Assembly (NCBI RefSeq): GCF_004010195.1
Contig: NC_057719.1
Span: 80,403,486-80,452,695, forward strand
Length of the DNA: 49,210 nucleotides
Reading direction: 5' to 3'
Source of the DNA: Chiloscyllium plagiosum
Taxonomy: Eukaryota
Under the pieces are notes generated by a model that was given only the letters and a program-made list of their open reading frames with translations, searched no databases and was not told the origin of the DNA. Shown piece after piece: positions 23,027 to 35,235 of this stretch; position 1 is the first letter of the stretch; every line of letters begins with the position of its first letter. Position numbers and translations under genes: made by a program.

Positions 23027-23853
23027 TCATGAATTTTCTCATAACGGCTTCCTATAGTCAGTTTTCCTCTCTGTACCTTCCTATAGTCAGAATGTAACCT
23101 GGAAGATGCCATCTATTTTCCTGCTCTCAAACACCTTGTAAAACAAAATCACTTGAACGTTAATACAGGATCATCTGGTTTGTGAGTATGTTACATTTTA
23201 GTGCAAGTCACCAATGACACTCTGCCTTTCAATCGGTTCTTCTTTGCCTTTTATAACTTTGCTTTCCTCTTCCCCGCTACAAAGTTGTGTCTGTTATATA
23301 AGGCTGAAGATAACGGGAACTGATAAGATGCTTTACAATGGGCTGTTATGTGAGTGGAGTTTCGCTGAGTCATTTGGGTCTGCCAAGAGCTAAGATTGCA
23401 GGAAATCAGTGACTGCTGAGGCATACATTTGGGTGAAACATTCAGGATCAGTTAGGTGTATGGATAATTCCAAATAAGGCATACATTTGGCACAGAGACC
23501 TGTGTACAAAACAGTCAGAAAACCCTGACTGTTCAGCACAATGTCAAAGGCTCACATTGCAGGGAGACATGGTGAAGATATTGAGCAGAAATTCAGCCTG
23601 GCCAGTTTAGGGTCAGTTATAGAAATCAGGGGAGAGAAAGACAGTGATTTGAGATATCTCTAGAGTTAAAAGTGTGTGTTGTTCATTTAAATATATCATA
23701 AATTAATTGGGTTTCACAGGCAACACTTTTTTATCTCCCAAAAGTGCAGTACCCCACGATTTGTCCAACTTGTGTAAACTCTGTAAGAATGCAGTTGGGG
23801 TTTGAAATGATTTCGTTTTCCAGTATAGTCCCCACCTCTAACTGCGTTCTGCA

Positions 23854-24520
23854 GAGATCATTCCCTCTGTGACTCCCTTATTAGGTCCACACCCCCCATC
23901 AACCCACCCTCCACTCCCGGCAGCTTCCTTTGCCGCTGCAAAAGGTGTAAAACCCGTGCCCATACTTCCCCCTTCACTTCTGTCCAAAGCCCCAAAGGAT
24001 CTTTTCACATCCAGCAGATATTTTCCTATACATCTAACACCTCATCTATTGTGCCCATTGCTCTCAATGTGGTGTCCTCTACATTGGGGAGACAGGATGG
24101 CAACTTGTGTAATGTTTCAGAGAACACCTCTGGGACACACACACCAAACTACCCCACCGCCCTGTGCCTGACCACTTCAACTCCCCTTCCCACTCTGCCA
24201 AGGACATGCAAGTTCTGGGCCTCCTCCATCGCCAAATCCTAGCCACCCGACACCCGGAGGAAGAACACCTCATCTCCTGCCTTGGGACCCTTCAATCATA
24301 AGGCATCAACATCGACTTCACTAGTTTCCTCATCTCCCCCTCCTCAGCCTATCCCAGATCCACCCTCCAAATCGGCACCACCCTCTTTAACTGTCCTACC
24401 TGTCCATCTTCATTCCCACCTATCCGGCTCCTCAGATGCTGCCTGACCTGCTGTGCTTTTCCAGTGCCACACTTTTTGACTCTGACTCTCCACCATCTGC
24501 AGTCCTCACTTTCTCTTTGT
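23854..24520 (+). mobile_element. PLE fragment: frameshifted GIY-YIG region plus internally deleted pLTR
   Basis: CRCKRCKT, IYCAHCSQCGVLYIGETG, FREHLWD, HFNSPSHS, EEEHLISCLGTLQ, GINIDF; paralogous to 4990-5297. Confidence 0.9.
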
Positions 24521-24609
24521 CATTATCTCATGTCGTTTAAGGATGCACGTTCTCGACAAATTAGCTGCTGCGCTTCCTACCTGACAACAGAGATCACACT
24601 TCAAAGAAT

Positions 24610-25290
24610 TCCATTCCCTCAATACCCTGACCATGATCAGGGACTGAACTGGATGAGCTATATAGAGACTGTTGCTACAAGAGCAGGTCAGAGGCTAGAA
24701 TTCTGCAGCAAGTGACTCACCTCCTGACTTCCCAAAGCCTGTACAACATCTACAAGGCACAAATCAGGAGTGTGATGGAATACTCCCCACTTACCTGGAT
24801 GGGTGCAGCTCCAACAACACTCAAGAAGCTTGACACCATCCAGGGCAAAGCAGCCCGCTTGAATGACATCCACAAACATCCACACCCTCCACCACCAATG
24901 CTCAGTAGCAGCAGTGTGTACCATTTACAAGATGGACTGCAATAACTTACAAAGGTTCTTAGCATCTTCTGAATCTTAGATCACTACCATCTAGAAGAAT
25001 AAGGACAGCTGATACTTAGGAACACCACAACTTCCAAGCTCTTCTTGATGCCAATCAAGCTGGCTGCTTTGTCTTGAGTGTCAAATTTCTTGAGTGTTAT
25101 TGGGATCTGCATCCATCCAGACAAATGGGGAGTATTCCATCACACTCCTGACTTGTGCCTTGTAGATTTTGGGCAGGCTTTGGGGAGACAGGAGGTGAAT
25201 TACTCGCTGCAGAATTTTAGCCTCTGACCTTGTCTTGCAGCAACAATCTTTATATAGCTATTCCAGCTTAGTCCCGGTTGATGTTAGGGG
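24610..25290. mobile_element. Two LINE RT C-terminal fragments in inverted orientation (24610-25045 +; 25047-25290 -)
   Basis: IYKAQIRSVMEYSPLTWMGAAPTTLKKLDTIQ on the plus strand, and the same region reversed immediately downstream. Confidence 0.85.
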
Positions 25291-25729
25291 AATCTGACGG
25301 TTGGGATAGTTGCTATATAAATGCAATACTTGCTTTGCTCTTTCAAATACGGTTCTTGGATTATAACAAAAACCATATTGTCAAATCCATTTGCCACCAG
25401 GTAATAAAGCCATTTGGATGGCACAAATAGTGCAACCACAGGAGAATATTTTACAGGGTAATTCTGCGTAAATGCTTTTATCATGTGGTTTGATGCTACG
25501 TGCATTTTGTATATTGGGAAGTAATTAGAAGGTACAGGGCTCCATTTTAATTCTGTGCCAGAGCGCGAAATGGATAGTCATAAATTTACTGCCCATTCTT
25601 ACATCTCTCCAGTTGATTTTAATGGCAACAACAGTCAGGAGAGACGTAAAAACCTGTTCACACAAAGTGAGAACAGTCTGAATGGTGGCAGCTGTACTCC
25701 AGACTGATCCCTCAGTTCAGTTTAATAGA

Positions 25730-25965
25730 GACTATGGTATCATTTGAAAAAGAGCAGGAGAGTTGTGTCCTGGCCAATACTTATCCCTCAACCAACATCA
25801 CTGACACTGATTAACTTGCTATTATCACACTGCTGTTGATGAAACCTTGCCCAGTACAAATTGGCCATTGTGTTTCCAGAATTACAGCAGCAGATACACT
25901 TCAAAGAGCTTCAATGGGTGTCAAGCACCGAGGTGTTCTGCAGTCATGGAAACCATTATAGAAAG
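25730..25965 (+). mobile_element. DeuSINE (SacSINE1-like) 3' half
   Basis: gagcaggagagt...gtcctggccaatacttatccctcaaccaacatcact...ttatcacactgctgtt...acacttcaaa. Confidence 0.75.
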
Positions 25966-26454
25966 CCTTTATTTCCATTGTCCCTGTTGATATTTGAAGC
26001 AATCGAAGTGAATGAAAAAGCATTGGTTTTTTCCAGTTTCAATCAAATAGTCAGCAAACGCACCAAACACTCAGTGGTAATTTACGATGAGGTCTCTTTT
26101 TACTCAGTAGCGCAAAAAGAAACGTTTTGAAAAGGATTGGGTCAGGTAATATGTTTTCCCGCTTGTAAGGCTCACGTTGTTTATTCACTTTGTCAGTCCT
26201 GAATTTTTTGGGTCATTGAGAAGTCATGATAGAAATGTATAAAATCAAGATAGTGCAAATGCTGGAATTATGAACCAGAAAATGCTGGAGAAACCCAGCA
26301 AGTCTGGCAACATCCATGGAGGGAGAAACAGAGTTAATGTTCTGAAATAAAGATATGCTGGCCTTCACATTATCAATGATTAGAAAGATACACCATGTTT
26401 CTGGGCCAGAACTCTCTTATTATTCTTGAATATAAGATCATTCTGTACCTTAGG

Positions 26455-26714
26455 TGTTATGTAACTAGCTATTAAATAGTATGTAATAAGCATATACTAT
26501 TTAAATAAGGCTGAGTTTACCTTCTGTCTAAGATTTTGTGTGGATATCCTTCCCTCTATGGTACCAGTAGCCTAGACTAGTAACACCAAGTACGGTTACC
26601 TTGGGCTAAAAACTAACCCTGAAACGATCACCAATGACAGCAAATTTATCCAAGACATCGCAGATGGTTCTAGCAGAAACCAATGTATACCAGATGGTGG
26701 CAGTGGTGGGATTC
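26455..26714 (+). mobile_element. Putative 5' LTR (about 26455-26692) and tRNA-Leu primer-binding site (26695-26712)
   Basis: ...TATACCA-GA-TGGTGGCAGTGGTGGGAT: 18 nt complementary to the 3' end of vertebrate tRNA-Leu (ATCCCACCACTGCCACCA), 2 nt after a CA end; the LTR start TGTTATG is tentative. Confidence 0.7.
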
Positions 26715-27009
26715 TGAAGATTTCGTTTAGTTGTTGAACAAAATGTCGAACAGCAGTATGGATTTCAACTAGTCAGTACTCGCCTGAGAAAGAACTTGTG
26801 TTCTAGAAAAGCCTCAGCCACCTGAGGAGAATGAGCAAGGGAAGTCAGAAAACTGAAAGTGTATCTTTAGAAATATCTCCTTCTATATCAGCTTCTGTGA
26901 AAGCAACAGGCAGCAGTGAAGAGGCTGCACCAGCCATGGAAATAATAAACTTGTCTGCAAAACTGTATCTAAATTTCCTCACTCCTGGTATCACTGTAGT
27001 AAATCTCCT

Positions 27010-27870
27010 TTGCATTGTCTCCAGGTTATCTAACATTACAAAGGGATCTTGATTAATTGGGCCAAGGAGGATTGGCAGATGAAATTTAATTTGAGTAAAT
27101 GCAAGGTATTGCATTTTGGTAAAACAAACAAGGGCAGGACTTAAACTGTTAATGTAGGGCCCTGGGTAGGTGTTGTCGAACAGGGAGACCTAAGGGATCA
27201 GGTACATATTTCTTTGAAAGTTGCATCACAGATAGACAGGGTGGTTAAGAAGGCATTTAGTACACTTGTCTTCATTGCTCAGACCATTGAGCCAAGGAGT
27301 TAGGACGTCATTTTACGGTTGTATACAACACTGGTGAGGCCACTTTTGAAGTATTGTGTACAGTTCTGTTCGCCCTGCTATAGGAAGGATTAAGTTGGAG
27401 AGGATTCACAAAAGATTTACAAGATGCTGAGAGTGGAGGAATTGAGTTATAAGGAGAGGCTGGACAGGCTGGGATTTTTTCACTTCAGTGTAGGAGTGAC
27501 CTTAAAGAGGTTTATAAAATCATGACGGGTATAGGTGCAGTGAATAGCAAAGGTCTTCTCTCTAGGGTGGGGAGTTGACAATTAGCAGACATTTTTAAGG
27601 TGAAAGGAGAAAGATTTAAAAGAGACCTGAGGGGCAACTTTTTCACACAGAGAGTGGTTCATGTGTGGAGTGAACTGCCAGAGAAAGTGGTAGACTTAGG
27701 TACAGTTACAACATTTAAAATCATTTGGACAGGTACATGACTCAGAGAGGCTTAGGCGATATGGGCCAAATGCAGGTTAGTGGGATTAGCTTAGTTTGGG
27801 AAACTTGGTCAGCATGGATGAGTTGGATCAAAGAGTCTGTTTCCATGCTGTATGACTCTATGACTCTATG
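27010..27870 (+). mobile_element. CR1/HER1 LINE 3' fragment
   Basis: LYTTLVRPLLKYCVQF-type region, 3' UTR and tatgactctatgactctatg tail. Confidence 0.9.
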
Positions 27871-28234
27871 AAATCAGTTGGAAACTGGGGAAGACCAAGA
27901 GTCTTACCAGAGTTATAAGTGGGAAACGTAGTCTAAGGAAACAGTCGATATTGGACATCCTTTGTGAGTTAGGTCTCTCAGCAGAAAGGTGAAAAACTTT
28001 TACCCTTAAGGAGAAATTCTAGGCTGAGAAGCTAAAAAAAGACTTTAATTACTAAAGTAAGCAAAACACAAAATTGTTATAATTGTTAAAACTGTTGGGA
28101 AACTTCAAGAGAAATGTTTGGAAAAGAAAAACATTCATTAAGAATAATGTTTAAAACAGCAGCATAAATCAAAAAATGAATGTGGAAAACTTGAAGACAT
28201 AAGAATAGTTTATTAACTAGTCTACTAAAAAGGA

Positions 28235-29495
28235 AAACAAATCTGTATTGCTTAACTGAAAATATTTCTCTACAAAGTGATGCCTTTTTGCAATGTAATT
28301 TTTTTTGAAAAGTTGACTAAATATATTGGTGAGGGTAGTGCAGTTGATGTAGTTTACATGAACTTTAGTAAGGTGTTTGACAAGATCCCATGGAAGGCTG
28401 GTCCATAAGGTAAGGCCATAGAATATAGGAGCAAGTTAGAAAACTGGATCCAAAATTGGCTTACAAATATGAGGCAAAGAGTGATGGTAGAGTGTTGTTT
28501 TTATAATTGGAAACCTGTGACCAGGGGTGTACTGCAGAGATCAGTGCTGGGACTCTTGCTGTTTGTTATGTACATTAACAACTAGAATGTGAATGTATAA
28601 TTAGTATGTTTGCAGATGAAATAAAAACTAGTGGTGTTGTTGGCAGTGAGAAGGATGGTCTCAGGCTGCAGATTGATATTGTTCAGCTGGTAAATTGGGC
28701 AGAACAATGGCAAATGGAATCTAATCCTGATAAGTGCGGGGTGATGCATTTTGGGAGGTCTAATAAGCAAATGAAATGCACAATGAATGGTAGGAACCTA
28801 GAGAACTAAAGAACAAAGGGACATTGGTGTACAAGTCCATTGATTCCCAGCAAAGGAAGACAGGGTGGGAAAGAAGACATACAAGATACTTACCTTCATT
28901 AGCAGGCCATAGAATATAGGATCAAGGAAGTCTTGTTACAACTTTACAAAACATTGGATAGGCTACAGGTGTCACAAAAATGACACAGTTCTAGTTGTCA
29001 CATTATTGGAAGGGTGGGATTGCACTGGACAGAGTACAGAGGAGATTCACCCGGATGTAGCCTGGGATGTGACATCTCAGTTATGAAGAGAAAGTGGATA
29101 GGCTGGGTTTGATTTTTTTGGAGCAGAGGAGGCTGAGGACAGAATCTGATAGAGAACAACGAGACTGTGAAAGGCATAAACAGAGGAGATTGTGATAATC
29201 TCTTCCCCACGACAGATGGTTTAAGATCAAACGGCATAAGTTTAAGCCGAGGACTATGTAGTTTACCGGAGATCTGAGAAAAACCTTTCTCACCCAGAGG
29301 GTGGTAGAAATATGGAACGTGCTGCCTGAGATGGTGATGGAGGCAGATACTCTCACAGTACTTAAGAAACACCTGGATAAGCACTTAAAAATGACAGGGC
29401 AGAGTAGGCTCTGGACCAAGTGCAAGTAAATGGGATTAGAGTAGTATGGAGTTTGTTGGTCATCAGAGACATAGTGGGCTGTATGACTCTATTAC
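28235..29495 (+). mobile_element. Decayed CR1 LINE (RT to 3' end)
   Basis: VYMNFSKVFDKIP, SVLGLLLF, MFADEIK, WAEQWQME motifs; tgtatgactcta tail. Confidence 0.85.
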
Positions 29496-29610
29496 TATAA
29501 AGTGGTGCAAAAAACCTGGAAAAGAAGCACACAGGGTGCAAATCTTTGCTGGGAATCTGAAACAAGCACAGAGAACGCTGGAAAAACTCAGCAGGTCTGG
29601 CAGGATTTTT

Positions 29611-29799
29611 GTTGAAACTTTATTGCTGGAACAGCACAGCAGGTCAGGCAGCATCCAGGGAACAGGAGATTCGACGTTTCAGGCACAGGCCCTTCTAAAC
29701 GTCGAATCTCCTGTTCCCTGGATGCTGCCTGACCTGCTGTGCTGTTCCAGCAATAAAGTTTCAACTTTGATCTCCAGCATCTGCAGACCTCACTTTCTC
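29611..29799. mobile_element. Young palindromic PLE pLTR insert with a perfect 69-bp inverted repeat
   Basis: Arms 29611-29679 and 29697-29765 are exact reverse complements; duplication CTGGCAGGATTTTT(G) at 29597-29611 and 29800-29814. Confidence 0.9.
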
Positions 29800-30329
29800 C
29801 TGGCAGGATTTTTGGACAGTGAGAGAGAGAAGGGGAGAGTTGGCATGAAAAAGTAGATTTTCCTCCATTTTGTAAAACCAAGGACAGTTCCTTCGATTTA
29901 AAGCACTTCAATAATTCTTGAAGACAATTTTTATACAAAAATATGACAGTTCCTAAACATTTCTTGAACATTTTGAAATTCTCAACTTTAGTTAACAGAT
30001 ATTAAGGGGAATTTATGGCAAGTAAAACAAGATGATAATGTCTTCATTAAATAAGATCTTAAAGATAAAGTTTTATGAGCAATATATATTCACTATCCAG
30101 TAGTTTATGAAAATTATTACCATCTTTCAAAAATTCGCTGAAAAGGATTTAATGATTAATACAGTTTAATTGATTGAACAATTTAAAAGGCTAAACAGTA
30201 AAAATCAGTTACAGCTTAAAAAGACAAAAGAAAATTCTTGCACAAGTTTAAATCGTTTAACTGTAAGAAGCTACAGCAGTCAGTTATACTGACAATGTAG
30301 GAAGTGGATTTTAAGAAAACAAATCCTTC

Positions 30330-30950
30330 CGATAGGGAATTTAACTAGACTAGATATTGTGTTACTTCAGGAATGCACCAAGATGCCCAAAGAAGAAAAA
30401 GTCAATACGTTTATAATAAGGGCAAAATTCTGAGGTTACCGGAAATCTGAAACAAACTCAGAGAATGCTGGAGAAACTCAGCAGGTCTGGTAGCATCAAT
30501 GGAAAGGGAGTGAGAGATGGGGGTAATGTTTCATGTCTGGCACGACTCTTCTGCCAGGAAGTCAAGATGTTTATTGACTCTATAGGATTGTTTGCAGATC
30601 ATTTTTTAATGTGTAAAAATGTAAGCGAAGAGACAGACACTTTTGATAATATTGTATCAGTATTTGATAATTACTTCACATCAAGCATCAATTATTTAAT
30701 GAAGAGAGCAAGATTTAGTAGAAGAATACAACTTCCAGGTGGACCTGTTGACAACTTTAATGATTTCATATATTGTTAAAATTTTGTGATTAGGTGAGTT
30801 ACAACATGAACCATGAGCCAAGTCAAGAGGGAATTGTCATTGGAAGTTTTGAAACATCTCTTTCAGGTATGTTTCATCAAAAGAGAACCCCACATTGGAA
30901 AAAGTTTTCCAAATGTGGTATAAGCTAAAATTTTAAAACAGCAAAAGAGA
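30330..30950 (+). pseudogene. Decayed Gypsy-type gag, interrupted by a PLE-derived insert at 30415-30558
   Basis: EEKVNTFI / SIGLFADHFL / FDNIVSVFDNYF / KRARFSRRIQLPGGPVDNF / GIVIG / PTLEKV resemble the Gypsy gag pattern QVNTLIY..G..ADD..F..ERAKFN.R.Q..GE.VD.F..RIV.G..LTLEKA; insert flanked by AAGTCAA(T/G)A(C/T)GTTTAT (30399-30414 / 30559-30574). Confidence 0.75.
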
Positions 30951-31084
30951 ATTATTATGGAAAGCCAACCTAATTCAATAAGCTCATCAAACTTTGTCAA
31001 CTTTTGAAGCAAACGCCAAACTTTGCTGGCCAGCATTTATTGACCGTTCCTCATTGCCCTTGTGGAGGTGGTGATGAGTTGTCC

Positions 31085-32150
31085 TAGAGTCATAGGGTCA
31101 TAGAGATGTACAGCACAGAAACATATGCTTCGTTTCAACTTGTCCATGCTGACCAGATATCCTAAATTAATTTAGTCCCATTTGCCAGCACATGGTCCAT
31201 ATCCCTCTAAACCCTTCCTATTCATATACCCATCCTTATGCTTTTTGTATGTTGTAATTGTACCAGCCTCCACCACTTCTTATGGCAGTTCATTCCATAC
31301 CTGTATTAGCCTTTGTATCCCTTTTAAAGCTTTCCACTCTCACTCTAAATGGGAAAAGACCATGCCTATTTAACTTATCCATGCCCCTCATGATTTTATA
31401 AACCTCTGTAAAGTCACACCTGAGCCTCCAATCCTCCAGAGAAAACAGCCCCTGCCTATGGGCGGCACGGTGGCACAGTGGTCAGCACTGCTGCCTCACA
31501 GGGCCAGAGACCCGGGTTCAATTCCCGCCTCAGGCGACTGACTGTGTGGAGTTTGCACATTCTCCCCGTGTCTGCGTGGGTTTCCTTCGGGTGCTCCGGT
31601 TTCCTCCCACAGTCACAAAGATGTGCAGGTCAGGTGAATTAGTCATGCTAAATTGCCCTCAGTGTTAGGTAAGAGGTAAATGTAGGGGAATGGGTGGGTT
31701 GCGCTTCGGCGGGGCGGTGTGGACTTGTTGGGCCGAAGGACCTGTTTCCACACTGGAAGTAATCTATTCAGCTTCTCCTTATAGTTCAAACCCTCCAGCC
31801 CTAGCAACATTCTTGTAAATCTTTTTTGAACCCTTTCAAGTTTCACAACAGCCTTCCTGTAGCAGGGAGACCAGAATTACACATGATATTCCAAAAGTGG
31901 CCTAACCAATGTCCTGCACAGCCGCAACATGACCTCCCAACTCCTATCCTCAATGCACTAACCAATAAAGGAAAGCAAACCAAATACCTTCTTCACTATC
32001 CTACCTAATTTTCAAGGAGCTATGAACTTGGACTCCAAGGTCTCTTTGTTCAGCAACACTCCCCAGGACATTACCATTACGTGCATATGACCTCCCCTAA
32101 TTTGTCTTTCCAACATGCAGCACCTCACATTTATCTACATTAAATTCTAA
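31085..32150 (-). mobile_element. CR1/HER1 LINE 3' fragment interrupted by an HE1 SINE
   Basis: KLERVQKRFTRMLLGLEGLNYKEKLNRL on the minus strand; tagagtcatag tail. Confidence 0.9.
31460..31766 (+). mobile_element. HE1-type V-SINE, best-preserved (CpG-rich) copy
   Basis: GGGCGGCACGGTGGCACAGTGG (A box), GGTTCAATTCC (B box), intact V-domain and tail. Confidence 0.95.
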
Positions 32151-32154
32151 ATTC

Positions 32155-33470
32155 TTCTTGAATTCTGCAGTCCATTTGGTGCAGATAGACCCACAGTGCA
32201 GTTAGGTAAGGAGTTTCAGGATTTCACCCAGCGACAGTGAAGAAATGGCAATATATTTCCAAGTCAAGATGGTGAGTGATTTGGAGGGGTGTTGTTCCCT
32301 GTATCTATTGCCCTTGTCCTTCTAGATCAAAGTGTTTGTGGGTCTGGAAGGTGCTACCTAAGGAACCTTGGTGAATCTCTCCAGTACAGCTTATAGATAG
32401 TGAACACTCCTGCTACTGAATATCAGTGGTGGAGGGAATGAATATTTGTGAGTGTTGTTGGAGTTGCACTCATCCAGAAAAGTGGGGAATATTCCATCAC
32501 ACTCCTTTTCGTGCCTTGTAGATGGTTCACAGGCTTGGGAAGATTTTGAAGAGGGTAAATGTTGAGAGGATCTTTCCCCTCATGGGAGAATCTAGGACCA
32601 GAGGGCATAGTCTCAGAACAAAGAGGTGCCAAATTAAGACAGAAATGAGGCAGTATTTCTTCTTTCAGAGAGTTGTGAATCTTTGGAAGTTCTTGCCTCA
32701 GAGAGCTGTAGGGGCATTGTTACATTTATGTTTAAGGCTGAGATAGATTCTTGATCAGTAAGGGAATCAAAGGTTATGGTGAAAGAGCAGGAAGGTGGAT
32801 GTGAGGAACATTGGATCAACCATAATCCTATTGAATGACAGTATAACCTCAAGGGGCCAAATGGCCTACCCCTGTTACTATTTCTAATGGTCTAGTGTTT
32901 GATATGCTCTAGTAGCCACAGTATTTATATGGTGACTCCAGTTCAGTTTATTGTCAATGGTACCCCCCAGCCTACCGAGAGAGGGCAATGTTGGAGATGA
33001 TGATGTCAAGGGACAATGGTTAGATAGTCTCTTATTGGTGATTGTCATTGCCTAGCTTTTGTGTGGCACGAATGTAACTTGCCACTTGTCAACCCAAGCC
33101 TGGATATTGTCCAGATCGTGTTGCATTTGAACATGGACTGCCTCAGTACCTGAGAAGTTGTGAATGGTGCTGAACATTGTGCAATCATTAGTGAACATCT
33201 CCATTTCTGACCTTTATAATGGAGGGAAGGTCATTGATGAAACAGCTAACAGTGGTTAGGCATTACCCTGAGGAACTCCTGCAGAAATGTCCTGGAGCTG
33301 AGGTGACTGACCTCCAATAACAACAACTATCTTCCTGTGTGACCCCAACCAGTGAAGAGTTTTACCCCGGCTTCCCATTCAGTCTAATTTTGTGAGGGAT
33401 CCTTGGTGCCACACTGAGTAAAACGTAGCCTTGATGTTAAGGGCAGTCACTCTCACCTCACCTCCAGAGT
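32155..33470 (-). mobile_element. LINE (CR1/L2-group) RT fragment with a nested CR1 3' end (32545-32895, +)
   Basis: GEVRVTALNIKATFYSVWHQG and RSVMEYSPLFWMSA on the minus strand; ERIFPLMGESRTRGHSLR in the insert. Confidence 0.85.
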
Positions 33471-33979
33471 TCTTCTGCACGAGTTTGACGCAATGCTGCA
33501 ATGAGGGGCATCCCGGGGGCGGCATGTTCTGGTCCAGAATGTTCTCAGGGCCTACAGTTCTGGAGGGAATGCAATTGGCTGAAGATGTGTGTCTGTGATA
33601 CCGGGGAGCTCCGGAGGATGGCTGTATTATGCTTAATATTAGCAACGTTCAAAAGATTTCTCTGATACATTGCAGCAAAATTTAGCACTCACTGAAACTA
33701 CTTCTCTGCACAACACACATAAAAAGCTTATGCAGATTAGTCAACACAGCATTAAGACATCAGAGTGTAAATGTGTCAGGTTGCAATGCTGTTGATTACT
33801 CTCAGGACATGAAACAATCAGGAAAGGGCTTCGGTTGCCAGTAATATGGAGATAGACTGCAGAATCTGTCAATCTCTGTGCTCGTGGGTATTTGTTTAGT
33901 TATAAATCAAACACATATTTGGCTTACGCTTGTCCCCAATCGAAGAGTTATTTATTATCACGCTAAACTTTTTATTTAA

Positions 33980-35235
33980 TAACCAGCCATACACATACTG
34001 TGGCTGAGGCTTGGAATATTGTGATGAGTAACTCCCCATTGCCTCCTTAAAGCCTGACCACAGTTCATGAGACAAAAGTCAGGCCTGTGATAAAATGTAC
34101 CCCAGCTATGGTTGGTGAACAAACAACAGGAAGGGGTTGTAATGGTGAGGAAGCTGTTTTTCTGAGTGCTCCAAGGTGATGGACAAGCTGCACAGGCATA
34201 CAAAGCAGATCACCAACCTTCCAGATTAGTGTTATTTCAATCGGAAATTGTTATGAGCTTTCCTGGTGGGATCATGAATAACTCACCTCCTTGCTCCTCA
34301 AAGCTTGCCTGAGATCTACGAGACCCAATCAGGTGTGTGATGGAAACTCTCCGCTTGCCTGGATGAGTAGCTTCAACAATACTCCAGCAGCTCGATACCA
34401 CCCAGAATGTCCACTTGATTGGAACCCCATTCACCACCTTTAACATTCACTTCCTCCATTATCAAAGCACGTTGACAGCAGTGGGAACTACTGACAAGAT
34501 GAGCTGCATCCAGGTGCCTTCAACCTTCCAGGCCCGCAACCTCTCCCACATTGAAGGACAATGGGCAGCAGATACATGGGAACACCACCATCTGTAAGTT
34601 CCCCTCCTAGCCACACAGCATCCTGATTTGGAGCTTTATGGTTGTTTCTTCACTGCCATTGAGTTAAAACCCCCTTGCCTAGCATCACTGTGGGCATATC
34701 TAAGCACATAAACTGTAACGATTCAAGAAGGCAGCTAACCTCCACCTACTCAAGTGGACCTCAGGGGTTACATTATGAGGACAGATGATGCAAATTAAGT
34801 CTGTTTTCACTAAAATTAAGAAGGCTAAGTGGTGATCTGATCTTCAAGGTATTAACAGGAAAAGACAGGGCAGATAGATTATTTCCACTGGTTGAAGATT
34901 CTAGAACTGGAATTAGGCCCAGTGTTCAGGAGAGATGTTAGGAAGCACTTGTACACACATAGGGTGATGGACGCTTGGAACTCTCTCCCACAACTGGCAG
35001 TGGATGTTAGATCAGTTGTTAATTTTAAATCTGAGATAGGTACATTTATGTTAAGCATGGGTGTTAAAAGATATGGGCCAAAGACAGGTATGTGGTATTA
35101 GGCTACAGATCAGCCATGATCTCTGAATGGCAGAACAGGCTCTAGGGGCTGAATGGCCTACTCCTGTTCCTATGTTCCGATGTATTCAAGAGCAATTATG
35201 AACGAGCAATAAATCCCAACCTAGCCAGCAATGCC
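33980..35235 (+). mobile_element. Cluster of decayed LINE 3' fragments (two CR1/L2-group pieces and a CR1 3' end at about 34770-35180)
   Basis: caggtgtgtgatggaaactctccgcttgcctggatg, ttcaagaaggcagct, ggggctgaatggcctactcctgttcctatg. Confidence 0.7.

Noticed and set aside
25284..25505. Protein-like 73-aa minus-strand ORF
   Set aside because: No recognisable homology and weak splice signals; compatible with chance
26695..26714. tRNA-Leu gene fragment on the minus strand
   Set aside because: Only the 3'-terminal 20 nt including the CCA complement match, which is the signature of a primer-binding site rather than a gene
31460..31535. tRNA gene
   Set aside because: A and B boxes are present but continue directly into the V-domain and LINE-derived tail; this is a SINE head, as are the other copies
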